Origin: an uncultured Actinomycetes bacterium
Lineage (GTDB): Bacteria; Actinomycetota; Thermoleophilia; RBG-16-64-13
Reading direction: 5' to 3'
Assembly: GCA_963713545.1 (NCBI GenBank)
Contig: CAVQME010000003.1
Span: 6,446 to 70,445 of the forward strand
DNA: 64,000 bases
Position numbers and translations under genes: made by a program. The notes below the pieces were generated by a model. The model had not been told where the DNA came from. It was given only the letters and a program-made list of their open reading frames with translations, and did not search any database. Positions 37,552-48,439 of the stretch are shown here, in pieces. Position 1 is the first letter of the stretch, and each line of letters opens with the position of its first letter.

Positions 37552-38745
37552 CTAGTACGGGGTGATCGTAAGCTCCTGCACGCTGATCGAGACGAAGAAC
37601 TGCTGGCTCACGGTGCCCTTCTCGTCTGCGTAGACCAGCTTCAGGTCGGTCGCCCCGGGACCCACCACGTCGAAGGTCCAAACGAGCGCGCCCTTGGTCG
37701 ACTTGCCGTAGGGGAAGAACTGCGGGTCCTCCCGCAACTCGACGACCGCGCTGTCGTAGGGATCGAGTCGCCAGATCAGATTGTCCGCGGTGTCGTCGGG
37801 CAAGATCAGCACCAGGGCCGTCGCCGTGGTCGGCACCACCTGGATTTGTCCGTTGGCCTTTGGTCCGATGACGACGGTCCCGTCCGGGATGTCGATCGGC
37901 GGGAAGGGCAGGGTAGTGGTCGTCGTAGGGGGCAACGTGGTCGTCGTCGACGGTGCCTGCGTGGTGGTCGTCGGCGGCTTGGTCGTTGTTGTGGTGGGGG
38001 GCTTGGTAGTCGTAGTCGTCGGCGGCTTGGTGGTGGTGGTCGAAGGCGGTCGGGTCGTTGTTGTCGGCGCCGCCGTTGTTGTGGTGGGGGCGGCAGTCGT
38101 AGTGGTGGTGGCTTCGGTCGTGGTGGTCGTGGCTTCGGTCGTTGTGGTCGTGGCCTCGGTCGTAGTGGTCGACGACGCCGTTGTGGTCGACTCGGCCACC
38201 GTGGTCGTCGTGGACAGATCTTCGGCGGAGACGATGCGTATGGTGCAACTGAAGGACCTGTTCACCTTGCCGCTCAGGCTGACGTTGTCGGCCTTCACCG
38301 TGACGTCCCCCTGATCGAGCGTGAGTCCAGAGTAGGTGTAGATCGCCTTCGGAGTCGGCGCATACGATACGTAGGATATCTGAGGCCCGGGGAATACCTG
38401 CACCAGATCGGCGTTGAGAGCGCTCACGTCCCAGGCCGACCCGTCTTCGGGATTGCCGGTGAGCTGCAGAAGGACAACCCAGCCTGTCCCCACTACTACG
38501 GTGGAGCCGTTCTGCTTCTCGGTGATCGCCACCGTGGGAGCCGGGAGATTGGGAACAGCTGCCCCCGTGGTGCTGGTGGTCGTCGTCGTTTCGGGGGCCG
38601 CAGGCTCATCTTTAGTCGCGCGGCCTACGAAGAAGGCGATCAAGAAGACGACGATGATACCTATCACTATCCACAGCCACCAAAGACGTCGAAAGACGCC
38701 CGACCCGCCCGTACCGCCCTGTCCTGCCATGACTCCCCTCCTCAT
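37552..38745 (-). CDS. Membrane-anchored protein with two chagasin-like (I42 inhibitor) domains and a Thr-rich linker
   Basis: TM helix; TEKQNGSTVVV..LQLTGNPEDGSAW and KANGQI..LILPD..W...WTFDVVGPGATDLKLVY. Confidence 0.7.
   Translation of the reverse strand: MRRGVMAGQGGTGGSGVFRRLWWLWIVIGIIVVFLIAFFVGRATKDEPAAPETTTTTSTTGAAVPNLPAPTVAITEKQNGSTVVVGTGWVVLLQLTGNPEDGSAWDVSALNADLVQVFPGPQISYVSYAPTPKAIYTYSGLTLDQGDVTVKADNVSLSGKVNRSFSCTIRIVSAEDLSTTTTVAESTTTASSTTTTEATTTTTEATTTTTEATTTTTAAPTTTTAAPTTTTRPPSTTTTKPPTTTTTKPPTTTTTKPPTTTTQAPSTTTTLPPTTTTTLPFPPIDIPDGTVVIGPKANGQIQVVPTTATALVLILPDDTADNLIWRLDPYDSAVVELREDPQFFPYGKSTKGALVWTFDVVGPGATDLKLVYADEKGTVSQQFFVSISVQELTITPY
37905..38215 (-). repeat. Coding tandem repeats (EATTTTT, KPPTTTTT) in Thr-rich linker
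   Basis: 21- and 24-nt degenerate units on ACC/ACG/ACA codons. Confidence 0.85.
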
Positions 38746-38837
38746 GTCCCTAGATCAGCTGTCTCCGACGGTGTACTCCCGTTTTCAGTTCCATACGGGC
38801 CTCGTGACTCCTCGTGGGTGGACGACGTCCAAGGTCT

Positions 38838-39851
38838 TCACCGGGCGAAGCCCAACGCGGCGGCGTTCGATTCGCAGACTCGCGCCCTCTCCTCTTCGGC
38901 GATGGGAAGCGCCTTGATGAAATCTATGCCCAGATTCAATTGCTCGAAGGGATAGTCCGTGGCCAGCAGGATCTTCTCAAGCCCGATGGCGTCCCGCGTG
39001 CAGTAATAGGCCTCCGGAAGGTAGTTACCGCTGGTGGTGACCCACATGTTCCTGAGCACGTAGTGACTGGCCAACTCCTTGCTGCCCGGACCTATCTCCG
39101 GGTTCGGCTGTGCGTAACCTTGCCTATAGGCGGTGTCGACCCTGTCGAGCAGGAAGGGGATCGCTTCGCCGAAGTGGCCCAGGATGATCTTGAGACCCGG
39201 GAACTCGTCGAACACACCCCGGTGGATCATGCGCAGGAACACATACACGACCTCGGTGCCGAAACCGAAAGTGGGACCGGCCAGGCAGATGCCAAACGTG
39301 CGGAGTTCGGGGATCATTGGCGCTGTGGGGTGGAGGTAGATGGGAATATCCAGTTCCTCGGCTTTGGCCAGGATAGGCCAGTAACGTTTCTCGTCGAGGT
39401 AGGAGTCGCCGAAGTTCGAGTGCGTGTGCCACCCCTTGAAGCCCAGGTCCTTCACGCAGCGCTCGAGTTCCTTGACGGCTTCGTCCGGATCTTTCGGAGC
39501 GATGGCGGCCATGCCGGCCAAGCGGTCGGGATATGCCGCCACGTATTCCGCCAGCCGGTCGTTGGCGTCGCGCGCGACCTTCGCGGCGACGGCCGGTTCC
39601 AACGATTCCACGCCGGGGGCCGTGAGCGAGAGCACGGCGAAGTCCACCCCGGCTTCGTCCATGGCCTTTATGCGGCCTTCGCCTAGATCGGCGAGCTTGG
39701 GCCCCGCTCCCGTGGCTTCGATCGGTATCCAGGCATCCTCCCAGTAGCCCAGCCCCTTGCCGTCCACCACCCGGGGAGTGGTCGTGTTGGTGCGTAGCGT
39801 CTCCATGTACAGGGGGGTGACGAAGTGGTGCTCGAGGTCGGTTGTCTTCAC
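38838..39851 (-). CDS. Amidohydrolase-2 family, paralog of 36541-37533
   Basis: DLEHH, IYLHP, GHFGE, TTSG, ATDYP; long shared blocks with the paralog. Confidence 0.88.
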   Translation of the reverse strand: MKTTDLEHHFVTPLYMETLRTNTTTPRVVDGKGLGYWEDAWIPIEATGAGPKLADLGEGRIKAMDEAGVDFAVLSLTAPGVESLEPAVAAKVARDANDRLAEYVAAYPDRLAGMAAIAPKDPDEAVKELERCVKDLGFKGWHTHSNFGDSYLDEKRYWPILAKAEELDIPIYLHPTAPMIPELRTFGICLAGPTFGFGTEVVYVFLRMIHRGVFDEFPGLKIILGHFGEAIPFLLDRVDTAYRQGYAQPNPEIGPGSKELASHYVLRNMWVTTSGNYLPEAYYCTRDAIGLEKILLATDYPFEQLNLGIDFIKALPIAEEERARVCESNAAALGFAR

Positions 39852-39862
39852 TGTCTAGCTCC

Positions 39863-40639
39863 TTAGGCTGTGAGATCTCTTATGGTCTTGGCCACGTCTT
39901 CGGGCAGTTCGTAGTGCGCTCCGTGGCCACCGGGAATGGTTGTCGCTTCGGTTCCCAAGCGACCGGCCAGCCATCTGGCGGCTTCCCCAAAGAACGGCGG
40001 GCTTTCCGTACCGTAGAGCACTGCGACCGGCTTCTGCGCGCCGGCCAGCTCGTCGTCCGTCGGACGGTAATACTCGAACACGTTGAACTCGTAGGTGATC
40101 CAGGTGTCGTCGGCCAGCAGGCGATCGCGGTATCCCTGGGAGAAGCTGTTGTAGACGACGTCGCCGGTCAGCATTCGGAGGAAAGGCACTTTGCCGTTCG
40201 CGGTGGCCTCCTTCAAAAAGCCGAGGACCTGCTTGTAGTCACCCATCCCGGCGAAGAGTGGCGGTTCGTGCAGCATCGCCTTGCGGACGGCCTGCGGGTG
40301 GCGCAGGGCGAGGGCTAGCCCGATGATGGCACCTGAGCTGTTGCCCCACAGGTCGACCGGCTCCAAATCGAGAGCGGCAAGCAGCGCCGCCGCATCATCC
40401 GCCTGTTCTTCGACGGTAGTCCCCGCGTAACCGGCTGGGCGGGGGCTGCGAGAAAAGCCGCGGCGGTCGTAGGAGAGGATGGTGAACTGGTCTTCGAGAA
40501 GCGGGGCCACCCGCGCATACTCCTCCGCGTCGCCCTCGGCTCCAGAGATGAGAAGGAGCGCCGGCCCAGATCCGCGCAACTCGTAGTAAAACGTGGCCCC
40601 GTTGGCTTCGACCGTCCCAGTCTGCACCTGCTGTGCCAT
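39863..40639 (-). CDS. Alpha/beta fold hydrolase
   Basis: GSGPALLLISG, YDRRGFSRS, GNSSG, HEPP, PGGH. Confidence 0.88.
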   Translation of the reverse strand: MAQQVQTGTVEANGATFYYELRGSGPALLLISGAEGDAEEYARVAPLLEDQFTILSYDRRGFSRSPRPAGYAGTTVEEQADDAAALLAALDLEPVDLWGNSSGAIIGLALALRHPQAVRKAMLHEPPLFAGMGDYKQVLGFLKEATANGKVPFLRMLTGDVVYNSFSQGYRDRLLADDTWITYEFNVFEYYRPTDDELAGAQKPVAVLYGTESPPFFGEAARWLAGRLGTEATTIPGGHGAHYELPEDVAKTIRDLTA

Positions 40640-40839
40640 GTCGGTTCCTTTCAGGCGGCGGTTCATGGCTGCTGGACTCCATTAGGGGGCTCCGGGCGCA
40701 AGAAGTCAACGACTGCGCGGGACTCGGCCGGTCTCTGCCCGGTCGCTCGTTGAACGCCGGCTCGCCGGCCAGCGGAACGCGGCCGTCGCGTCCTCGAGTA
40801 CCGGCGGGTGGCGATCCTGCGGCGCAGCGCCCGGTGTGA

Positions 40840-40858
40840 TCTATACGGTTTTCTTACA
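40840..40858 (+). promoter_or_regulatory. Candidate KdpE binding site
   Basis: CTATAC/TCTTAC imperfect direct repeat at 11-bp spacing with T-rich linker, upstream of the kdp operon. Confidence 0.35.
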
Positions 40859-40954
40859 GGATGCGCTCCCTCGACGACGCCTTTTGGATGTGGCGGGTGC
40901 TTAGCTATAGGTGGAAGCAATCGTGTGGAAAGAAGAGAGTGGAGGACTGTCGGA

Positions 40955-41035
40955 GTGGATGTCTTGCTGGTGACGATCGCAGTCGCGTTCTTTGCCCTGT
41001 GCTGGGGGCTCGCTTTGGTCTGTCAGCGCCTCTGA
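40955..41035 (+). CDS. 26-aa hydrophobic peptide upstream of kdpF
   Basis: GGAGGA SD + GTG; MDVLLVTIAVAFFALCWGLALVCQRL. Confidence 0.65.
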   Translation: MDVLLVTIAVAFFALCWGLALVCQRL

Positions 41036-41087
41036 CGGCCCGACCCTGGTCACTTGAGCGGAGAGGGCGAGACGTGAGGAGACATCG

Positions 41088-41171
41088 ATGCTGATCGTGA
41101 GCGCCATCATAGCGGCGATTCTGCTGGGATATCTGATCTACGCCCTGGTCCGGCCGGAGAAACTCGGATGA
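41088..41171 (+). CDS. kdpF: K+-transporting ATPase subunit F
   Basis: [27 protein letters not shown] (YL.YAL..PE motif); GAGGAG SD; stop overlaps kdpA ATG. Confidence 0.9.
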   Translation: MLIVSAIIAAILLGYLIYALVRPEKLG

Positions 41172-42925
41172 CCGGCCAAGGCTGGTTTCAGATCGTGCTT
41201 TTTGTCGGGGTCGTGCTGCTCTTGGCGAAGCCGCTCGGTGCCTACATGGCCCGGGTCGTCGAAGGCAGGCGGATCCCCGTGCTGGGTCGAGTGTTCCACC
41301 CGGTGGAGAGGCTGATCTACAAGGTGGGCGGCATCGATCCGGAAGCCGAGATGGGCTGGAAGAGATACGGGGCGAGCGTTCTGGTCTTCAGCCTGGTGGG
41401 TTTCCTCTTCCTCTACTTGCTGCAGCGGATCCAGGGCTGGCTGCCCGGCGGCCCGGACGGCCTCACCGGCGTCGGGCCGGATCTGGCCTTCAACACGGCG
41501 GTCAGCTTCGTCACCAACACCAACTGGCAGGCCTATGGCGGCGAGACCACCATGAAGTACGTCACCCAGATGCTCGGGCTCACTGTTCAGAACTTCGTCT
41601 CCGCCGGGACCGGAATCGCCGTCCTCATCGCTCTCATCCGCGGCTTCTCCCGGCGAAACACCGATCGTCTGGGCAACTTCTGGGCGGATCTGACCCGCGT
41701 CACTTTGTACGTCCTGCTGCCTCTCTCCTTTGTTCTGGCCATCGCTCTCGTGTCTCAGGGGGTCGTGCAGACTCTGGGCTCCTCGCAGGAAGCCCAGTTG
41801 CTGCAACCGTACGTGAACGCCGAGGGTCAGACGGTCTCCACGCAGACGATCGCTGCCGGACCAGTGGCATCACAGGTCGCGATCAAGCAGTTGGGCACCA
41901 ATGGAGGCGGGTTCTTCAACGCGAACTCGGCTCATCCCTTCGAGAATCCCACCCCGCTCACCGGCTTCATGGAGCTGGTCTCGATCCTCCTCATACCCGC
42001 AGCGCTCTGCTTCACCTTCGGACGGATGGTAGGGAACACACGACAAGGATGGGTCGTTCTCGCCGCCATGATGATCATCTTCCTGGGGATGGTCGCCGCC
42101 GCCTACTACTTCGAGCAGCAGGGCGTTCCCCAGGTGGCGCAATTGGGAGCGGATCTGGATCCGGCCGGGGGGACGCTTGCCGGGCAACCGGGGGGCAATA
42201 TGGAAGGCAAGGAGGTCCGCTTCGGGATCGCGGGCTCGGCCGCATGGGCCAGCGCCACCACGAGCGCATCCAATGGGTCCGTCAACAGCATGCACGATTC
42301 GTTCACCCCTCTGGGCGGACTGGTCCCTCTCGTGATGATCCAACTGGGTGAGGTGGTCTTCGGGGGCGTCGGCTCGGGACTGTACGTGATACTCGTGTTC
42401 GCAATAGTGGCCGTGTTCATTGCCGGTCTCATGGTGGGACGCACCCCCGAGTACTTGGGCAAGAAGATCGAGACCTACGAGATGAAGATGGCCTCGCTGG
42501 TGATCCTCATCCCCGTCATCACCATCCTCCTGGGCACTCTGGTCGGGATCACGACCGAGGCAGGCCGCGCGGGCATCAGCAATCCGGGAGCTCACGGGCT
42601 CACCCAGGTCCTGTATGCGTTCACTTCGGCTGCGGGCAACAATGGCAGCGCTTTCGCCGGCCTCTCCTCCAACAGCACGTTCTACAACGTGGTCCTGGGG
42701 ATCTGCATGCTGATCGGGCGGTTCTGGATACTCCTGCCCACGCTTGCTCTGGCGGGATCGCTCGCCGCGAAGCAGCACGTCCCCGCGAGCGCGGGCACGC
42801 TGCGCACGGACGGGCCGATGTTCATGGGCCTGCTCATTGTCGTCGTCATCGTGATAGGTGCTTTGAGCTTCCTGCCGGCCCTGGCCCTTGGGCCCATCGT
42901 CGAACACCTCATGATGGTCGGGTAG
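41168..42925 (+). CDS. kdpA: K+-transporting ATPase subunit A
   Basis: [37 protein letters not shown]. Confidence 0.98.
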   Translation: MTGQGWFQIVLFVGVVLLLAKPLGAYMARVVEGRRIPVLGRVFHPVERLIYKVGGIDPEAEMGWKRYGASVLVFSLVGFLFLYLLQRIQGWLPGGPDGLTGVGPDLAFNTAVSFVTNTNWQAYGGETTMKYVTQMLGLTVQNFVSAGTGIAVLIALIRGFSRRNTDRLGNFWADLTRVTLYVLLPLSFVLAIALVSQGVVQTLGSSQEAQLLQPYVNAEGQTVSTQTIAAGPVASQVAIKQLGTNGGGFFNANSAHPFENPTPLTGFMELVSILLIPAALCFTFGRMVGNTRQGWVVLAAMMIIFLGMVAAAYYFEQQGVPQVAQLGADLDPAGGTLAGQPGGNMEGKEVRFGIAGSAAWASATTSASNGSVNSMHDSFTPLGGLVPLVMIQLGEVVFGGVGSGLYVILVFAIVAVFIAGLMVGRTPEYLGKKIETYEMKMASLVILIPVITILLGTLVGITTEAGRAGISNPGAHGLTQVLYAFTSAAGNNGSAFAGLSSNSTFYNVVLGICMLIGRFWILLPTLALAGSLAAKQHVPASAGTLRTDGPMFMGLLIVVVIVIGALSFLPALALGPIVEHLMMVG

Positions 42926-42941
42926 AACGGAGGGAGATCAG

Positions 42942-45095
42942 ATGGTTGCGCACATCAACGAGATGAACCCCGAGCAAGGGGTCTCCGGGCAGCGCTCTCC
43001 CTCGACGGGCCCCGGGCGTGAGCGCGGCGACGGGACCCACGGTCTTGGCTCCGTCGACTGGAGGCTTCTGAGGGAGGCCGGACTCGATTCGCTTCGGAAG
43101 CTGAACCCCCGCGTCCAACTCCGCAACCCCGTGATGTTCGTCGTCTGGGTGGGGGCGGCCCTGACGTTGATACTGTTCTTCGAGGCTGTGGCCGGACACG
43201 GGGAAGCATCCCCTGGTTTCATCCTGACCATCTCCCTGCTTCTCTGGGCCACGGTGATCTTCGCCAACCTGGCCGAGGCGTTCGCAGAGGGACGGGGAAA
43301 AGCGCAGGCCGACAGTCTCCGCAAGGCCCGCAGGGAGATCGTTGCCGCCAAACTCGCGGAACCGCGTCTCGGTGCAAGGACCGAGCCGGTCTCGTCTTCG
43401 TTGCTCAAACGGGGAGATCTGGTGCTCGTGAAAGCGGGCGAGTCCATTCCCGCCGACGGTGAGGTGGTGGAGGGCGCCGCATCCGTGGACGAGAGCGCCA
43501 TAACCGGCGAGAGCGCCCCGGTCATAAGGGAAAGCGGAGGCGACCGCAGTGCCGTCACCGGCGGTACGAGAGTGCTGTCGGACTGGCTCATCGTAAGGGT
43601 CACGGCGCAGCCTGGGGAGACCTTTCTTGACCGAATGATCGCTATGGTCGAGGGGGCCAAAAGGCAGAAGACCCCCAACGAGATAGCTCTCAATATCCTT
43701 CTGGCCGGTCTGACCATCATCTTCCTCGTCGTCGTGGTCTCCCTGCAGCCGATGTCGCAGTACAGTGTCGATGCCGCCGGGGAAGGGAGCGTGGTCTCGA
43801 TCACGATCCTCGTGGCGCTCCTGGTCTGCTTGGCTCCGACCACTATCGGGGCGCTACTGTCGGCCATAGGGATCGCCGGCATGAGCCGGCTCAGCAAGGC
43901 CAACGTGGTGGCCATGTCCGGTCGGGCGGTAGAGGCTGCCGGCGATGTGGACGTGCTTCTGCTCGACAAGACCGGCACCATCACCCTGGGCAATCGCCAG
44001 GCCACCGAGTTCCTTCCCGCCTCAGGGGTCGACGTCGGCGAACTCGCCGACGCAGCCCAACTGGCGTCCCTGGCTGACGAGACGCCGGAGGGGCGGAGCA
44101 TCGTGATCCTCGCCAAGAAGCAGTACGGACTCCGCGGTCGCGACCTGGAAGAGCTCGGGGCCGTTTTCGCGCCCTTCACGGCCCAGACCAGGATGAGCGG
44201 GGTGGACTTGGACGGCCGGCGCATCCGAAAAGGGGCGACAGACGCCGTGGAGGCCTATGTCAGAGACCAGGGCGGCTCCCTGCCCCGCGAGGTGGTCCAC
44301 TCCGTGGACGCTGTGGCCAAACAGGGAGGCACACCGCTCGTAGTCGCTGACGGAGCCCGGGTGCTGGGGGTCGTCCATCTGAAGGACATCGTCAAGGGAG
44401 GCATCAGGGAGCGGTTCCACGATCTACGCCGCATGGGGATCAAGACGGTCATGATCACCGGCGACAACCCGGTCACAGCCGCCTCGATAGCAGCGGAGGC
44501 GGGGGTGGACGACTTTCTCGCCGAGGCCACTCCCGAGGCCAAGCTCGCTCTGATCCGGCGCTATCAGGCCGAAGGGCACTTGGTGGCCATGACCGGAGAC
44601 GGGACGAACGACGCTCCCGCTCTTGCTCAGGCCGACGTGGCCGTCGCCATGAACACGGGGACGCAGGCTGCGAAGGAGGCCGGCAACATGGTCGACCTCG
44701 ATTCGAACCCCACCAAGCTGCTCGAGATAGTGCACATCGGTAAGCAGACTTTGATGACCAGGGGCTCGCTCACCACCTTCAGTATCGCCAACGATATCGC
44801 CAAGTACTTCGCAATCGTCCCTGCGGCCTTCGCTGCCACGTATCCCCAGCTGGACGCCCTCAATGTGATGAGGCTCTCCACTCCCCAAAGTGCCGTATTG
44901 TCGGCCGTGATCTTCAACGCGCTCATCATCGTGTTTCTTATCCCCCTCGCCCTCCGAGGGGTCAAGTACACGCCGCGACCGGCGACCGAATTGCTGCGCA
45001 ACAATCTGCTTGTCTACGGCCTGGGCGGACTGGTGGTGCCCTTTGTCGGGATCAAGGTCATCGACCTCCTGTTGCAGGCACTGCACCTGGTGTGA
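42942..45095 (+). CDS. kdpB: K+-transporting ATPase subunit B
   Basis: TGES, DKTGTIT, KGA, TGD, GDGTND. Confidence 0.98.
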   Translation: MVAHINEMNPEQGVSGQRSPSTGPGRERGDGTHGLGSVDWRLLREAGLDSLRKLNPRVQLRNPVMFVVWVGAALTLILFFEAVAGHGEASPGFILTISLLLWATVIFANLAEAFAEGRGKAQADSLRKARREIVAAKLAEPRLGARTEPVSSSLLKRGDLVLVKAGESIPADGEVVEGAASVDESAITGESAPVIRESGGDRSAVTGGTRVLSDWLIVRVTAQPGETFLDRMIAMVEGAKRQKTPNEIALNILLAGLTIIFLVVVVSLQPMSQYSVDAAGEGSVVSITILVALLVCLAPTTIGALLSAIGIAGMSRLSKANVVAMSGRAVEAAGDVDVLLLDKTGTITLGNRQATEFLPASGVDVGELADAAQLASLADETPEGRSIVILAKKQYGLRGRDLEELGAVFAPFTAQTRMSGVDLDGRRIRKGATDAVEAYVRDQGGSLPREVVHSVDAVAKQGGTPLVVADGARVLGVVHLKDIVKGGIRERFHDLRRMGIKTVMITGDNPVTAASIAAEAGVDDFLAEATPEAKLALIRRYQAEGHLVAMTGDGTNDAPALAQADVAVAMNTGTQAAKEAGNMVDLDSNPTKLLEIVHIGKQTLMTRGSLTTFSIANDIAKYFAIVPAAFAATYPQLDALNVMRLSTPQSAVLSAVIFNALIIVFLIPLALRGVKYTPRPATELLRNNLLVYGLGGLVVPFVGIKVIDLLLQALHLV

Positions 45096-45106
45096 AGGGA
45101 TGTACT

Positions 45107-45688
45107 ATGCTCAAGTTGCTGAGACAGAGCGCTGCGGCTCTCGGGGTGTTGGCGGTGATCGTGGGAGTGATCTATCCGCTTGCGGTGACCGGCGTGGCGC
45201 AGGGATTCTTCTCCCATGAGGCTGAGGGAAGCATGATCGTCGAGAAGGGGCAGGTCCTTGGCTCTGAACTGATCGGCCAACCGTTCAGCGATCCAGGGTA
45301 CTTCTGGTCCCGCCCCTCCGCGACTGCGCCGGTCCCCTACAATGCGGCGGCCTCCTCGGGCTCCAATTTGGGGCCCACCAACCCTGTTCTACTGGAGGCT
45401 GTGGCTGCGCGCATCGCGGCCTTGCGCGCAGCCGATCCCGGCAACACCGCGCCTGTGCCCGCGGATCTCGTCACCTCGTCAGGTAGCGGTCTCGATCCCC
45501 ACATCAGTCCTGCCGCCGCCGAGTACCAGGTGGAACGCGTGGCCAGGGTCAGGGGGCTGGAGGCGGACACGGTGCGCGCTTTGGTCGCGCAGCACACCGA
45601 GGACCGGCAGTGGGGCGTCTTCGGCGAGCCGCGGGTGAACGTTCTAGAGCTCAATGTGGCGCTCGACGCCCTGACCCTCGACGAGTGA
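45107..45688 (+). CDS. kdpC: K+-transporting ATPase subunit C
   Basis: GSELIGQ, YFWSRPSA, SGSGLDPHIS, VNVLELN. Confidence 0.97.
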   Translation: MLKLLRQSAAALGVLAVIVGVIYPLAVTGVAQGFFSHEAEGSMIVEKGQVLGSELIGQPFSDPGYFWSRPSATAPVPYNAAASSGSNLGPTNPVLLEAVAARIAALRAADPGNTAPVPADLVTSSGSGLDPHISPAAAEYQVERVARVRGLEADTVRALVAQHTEDRQWGVFGEPRVNVLELNVALDALTLDE

Positions 45689-45706
45689 TCGGAGTGGTGA
45701 CCACGC

Positions 45707-48439
45707 GTGGATGATCACCTTCCCCATCCTGACGGCCGCCCCGATCCCGACAGGCTCCTGGAGCAGCTCCAGGCCGCCGAGTCACGGGCGGACCGGGGCA
45801 CGCTGAAGGTCTTCTTCGGCTACGTTGCCGGCGTCGGCAAGACCTACGCCATGCTGGAGGCGGCACAGCATCTTGCGGCAGCCGGGGTGGAAGTGGTGGC
45901 GGGGTACGTGGAGCCACATGGGCGACCGGAGACCGAGGTGCTTCTCGAGGGACTGGAGATTCTGCCTCCCCTGCTCCTCGAGTACCGAGGCCTTGATCTT
46001 CAGGAGCTGGATCTCGATGCGGCCCTTGATCGGCACCCCCAACTGCTTCTCGTGGACGAACTCGCGCATGCGAACGCTCCTGGCTCCAGACACGCGAAAC
46101 GATGGCAGGACGTGGAGGAGTTGCTGGGCGCGGGCATCGACGTGTACACGACCCTCAACGTGCAACACCTGGAGAGCCTGAACGACGTGGTCGCTCAGAT
46201 AACCGGCGTGCAGGTGCGGGAAACCGTGCCCGATGCCGTGTTCGACGATGCCGATTCGGTGGAGGTGGTGGACCTGCCTCCGGGAGAACTGGTGGAGCGG
46301 TTGCGTCAGGGGAAGGTGTACGTGCCGGCCCAGGCCGAGCGGGCCGTGCAGGGCTTCTTCACCCGGCCGAATCTGGGAGCTCTGCGGGAGATTGCGCTCA
46401 GGCGCACCGCCGACCGGGTGCATGCTCATTTGGAGACGACGCGCCTGGCGGCCGCCGGGCCGCGCCAGTCGTGGGCGATCACCGACACCCTCCTCGTCTG
46501 CGTGGGTCCCAGCCCGACGTCGGCCAAGGTCATCCGGACTTCCAAGAGAATGGCCGCATCGCTGAACGCCCGCTGGATCGCGGTGGGGGTGGAGCGGTCG
46601 AGGGCAGGCGGTCCTGGAGACGAAAGCCAGAACCGGCTCATGGAGAACATCCACTTGGCCGAGCGGCTGGGAGCCGAGACGGCTACGGTCAGCGGCGACG
46701 ACATCGCCGGAGAGATCGTCAGCTATGCGCGGTCTCAGAGCGTCACCAAGATCGTCATCGGCAAGACAGCTCAGTCCCGCTGGTACCGGTTACTCCGGGG
46801 GAACATCGTGGACGATCTGCTCGAGCGGAGCGGAGAGATGGACGTCTATGTCGTCCAAGGCGCGGAGGAATCGGGAGGACGGCCACCGGCGCGGTTCAGG
46901 CGCGCGGTGTCGTGGAAGGGCTACGTGTGGTCGCTGGCGGCGATAGTCGTGGCCGCACTGGTGGCTTGGGCCTTCCAGGATATGGGTCTGGCCGAGGCTA
47001 ACAAGGCGATCGTCTTTCTGCTCGCCATCGTGCTCGTGGCCGCGCGCTTCGGCCTGGGCCCGGGCGCGTTGGCGACCGTGCTGGGAGTCTTGGTGTTCGA
47101 TTTCTTCTTCGTTCCACCGTACCTGACCTTCGCGGTGGAAGACGCGCAGTACATCATCACCTTCGTCATCATGCTCGTGGTCGCGCTGATCATCAGTACC
47201 CTGGCTGCTCGTCTGCGGCGCCAGGTCCTCACCGCTCGGGCGCGGGAGCGGCGGCTGACGGCTCTCTACAGCCTCAGCCGCGAGCTTTCCGCGGTCTCGG
47301 GGACGCACCAACTGGCGGCCACCGCCCAGCGAGTCGTTACGGGGATGTTCAACAGCGGAGCGTCGATCTACCTTCCTGATGAAGAGGGCAGGTTGGAGCC
47401 GGTCGTATCCAACGCGCGAGACGAGACAGTGGGGTCGAGGGAGACGGCAGTGGCCGTTTGGGCGTTCGAGCACGCACAGCTGGCTGGGAACGGCACCGAT
47501 ACGCTGCCTGATTCTTCCGCGCTCTACATTCCGATGCTCACTCCGCGAGGTACAGCCGGGGTGCTGGGTGTCATCCCACCAGATGGCGAGACCCTCCTTT
47601 CGCCCGACAACAGGCAGCTGCTCGAGACGGTCGCCACCCAGATCGGGACGGCGATCGAGCGGGACGAACTAGCCGACGAGACCAGAAAGGCTCTGCTGCA
47701 GATCGAAAGGGAGCGCCTCCGCAGCTCGCTGCTCAGTTCCGTGTCTCACGATCTGCGGACACCTTTGGCCGTCATCGCGGGTGCGAGTAGCGCCCTTCTT
47801 GAATCCGGTGACTCTGGGGATGCGACTCGCCGGGAAGAGTTGCTCACAGAGGTGGTGGAAGAGTCGAACCGTCTGGCCCGGCTGGTGGACAACCTACTTA
47901 GTATGACGCGGCTCGACGCCGGAGCCATCAGTGTTGAGAAGCAGTGGTTTCCCATCGAGGACGTCATCGGGTCCTCCCTGGGACGGCTGCGAAAGGAGTT
48001 GGACGGCAGAACCGTGAGGAAGGATCTCCCAGCCGACCTGCCCCTTGTGCCCCTTGATGGAGTGCTCATCGAACAGGTGCTGGTCAACCTTCTCGAGAAC
48101 GCCCTCAAATACAGTGAGGCCGGCTCGCCACTCGACGTCGGCGCCCGGTTGGAGAGAGAAGGAGTGGTCGTTTCCGTAGCCGACAGAGGACCCGGTCTAG
48201 CGGAAGGCGAGGAGGAACTGGTATTCGAAAAGCTCTTCCGGGGTTCCGCGTCGGGCTCTTCGGGCGAGAGAGGAGCCGGATTGGGATTGGCCATCTCTCA
48301 GGCCATCGTCGAGGCGCACGGCGGAAGGATCTGGGCGGCGAACCGCGCCGGAGGCGGGGCCTCTTTTCGGTTCCTCCTCCCCTTGGGAGGGTCACCGCCC
48401 GATCAAAGTGCGATTGAGAACGAGGGAGCAGATACGTGA
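45707..48439 (+). CDS. kdpD: Sensor histidine kinase KdpD
   Basis: GVGKTYAML, VDELAH, USP domain, 4 TM helices, SHDLRTPL, GLGLAI. Confidence 0.97.
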   Translation: MDDHLPHPDGRPDPDRLLEQLQAAESRADRGTLKVFFGYVAGVGKTYAMLEAAQHLAAAGVEVVAGYVEPHGRPETEVLLEGLEILPPLLLEYRGLDLQELDLDAALDRHPQLLLVDELAHANAPGSRHAKRWQDVEELLGAGIDVYTTLNVQHLESLNDVVAQITGVQVRETVPDAVFDDADSVEVVDLPPGELVERLRQGKVYVPAQAERAVQGFFTRPNLGALREIALRRTADRVHAHLETTRLAAAGPRQSWAITDTLLVCVGPSPTSAKVIRTSKRMAASLNARWIAVGVERSRAGGPGDESQNRLMENIHLAERLGAETATVSGDDIAGEIVSYARSQSVTKIVIGKTAQSRWYRLLRGNIVDDLLERSGEMDVYVVQGAEESGGRPPARFRRAVSWKGYVWSLAAIVVAALVAWAFQDMGLAEANKAIVFLLAIVLVAARFGLGPGALATVLGVLVFDFFFVPPYLTFAVEDAQYIITFVIMLVVALIISTLAARLRRQVLTARARERRLTALYSLSRELSAVSGTHQLAATAQRVVTGMFNSGASIYLPDEEGRLEPVVSNARDETVGSRETAVAVWAFEHAQLAGNGTDTLPDSSALYIPMLTPRGTAGVLGVIPPDGETLLSPDNRQLLETVATQIGTAIERDELADETRKALLQIERERLRSSLLSSVSHDLRTPLAVIAGASSALLESGDSGDATRREELLTEVVEESNRLARLVDNLLSMTRLDAGAISVEKQWFPIEDVIGSSLGRLRKELDGRTVRKDLPADLPLVPLDGVLIEQVLVNLLENALKYSEAGSPLDVGARLEREGVVVSVADRGPGLAEGEEELVFEKLFRGSASGSSGERGAGLGLAISQAIVEAHGGRIWAANRAGGGASFRFLLPLGGSPPDQSAIENEGADT

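Noticed and set aside
37905-38215. CRISPR-like or non-coding tandem array
   Set aside because: Degenerate codon-level repeats encoding a Thr-rich linker; no constant repeat/unique spacer pattern
45686-45709. kdpC-kdpD in-frame readthrough
   Set aside because: A second in-frame TGA intervenes and both genes are complete
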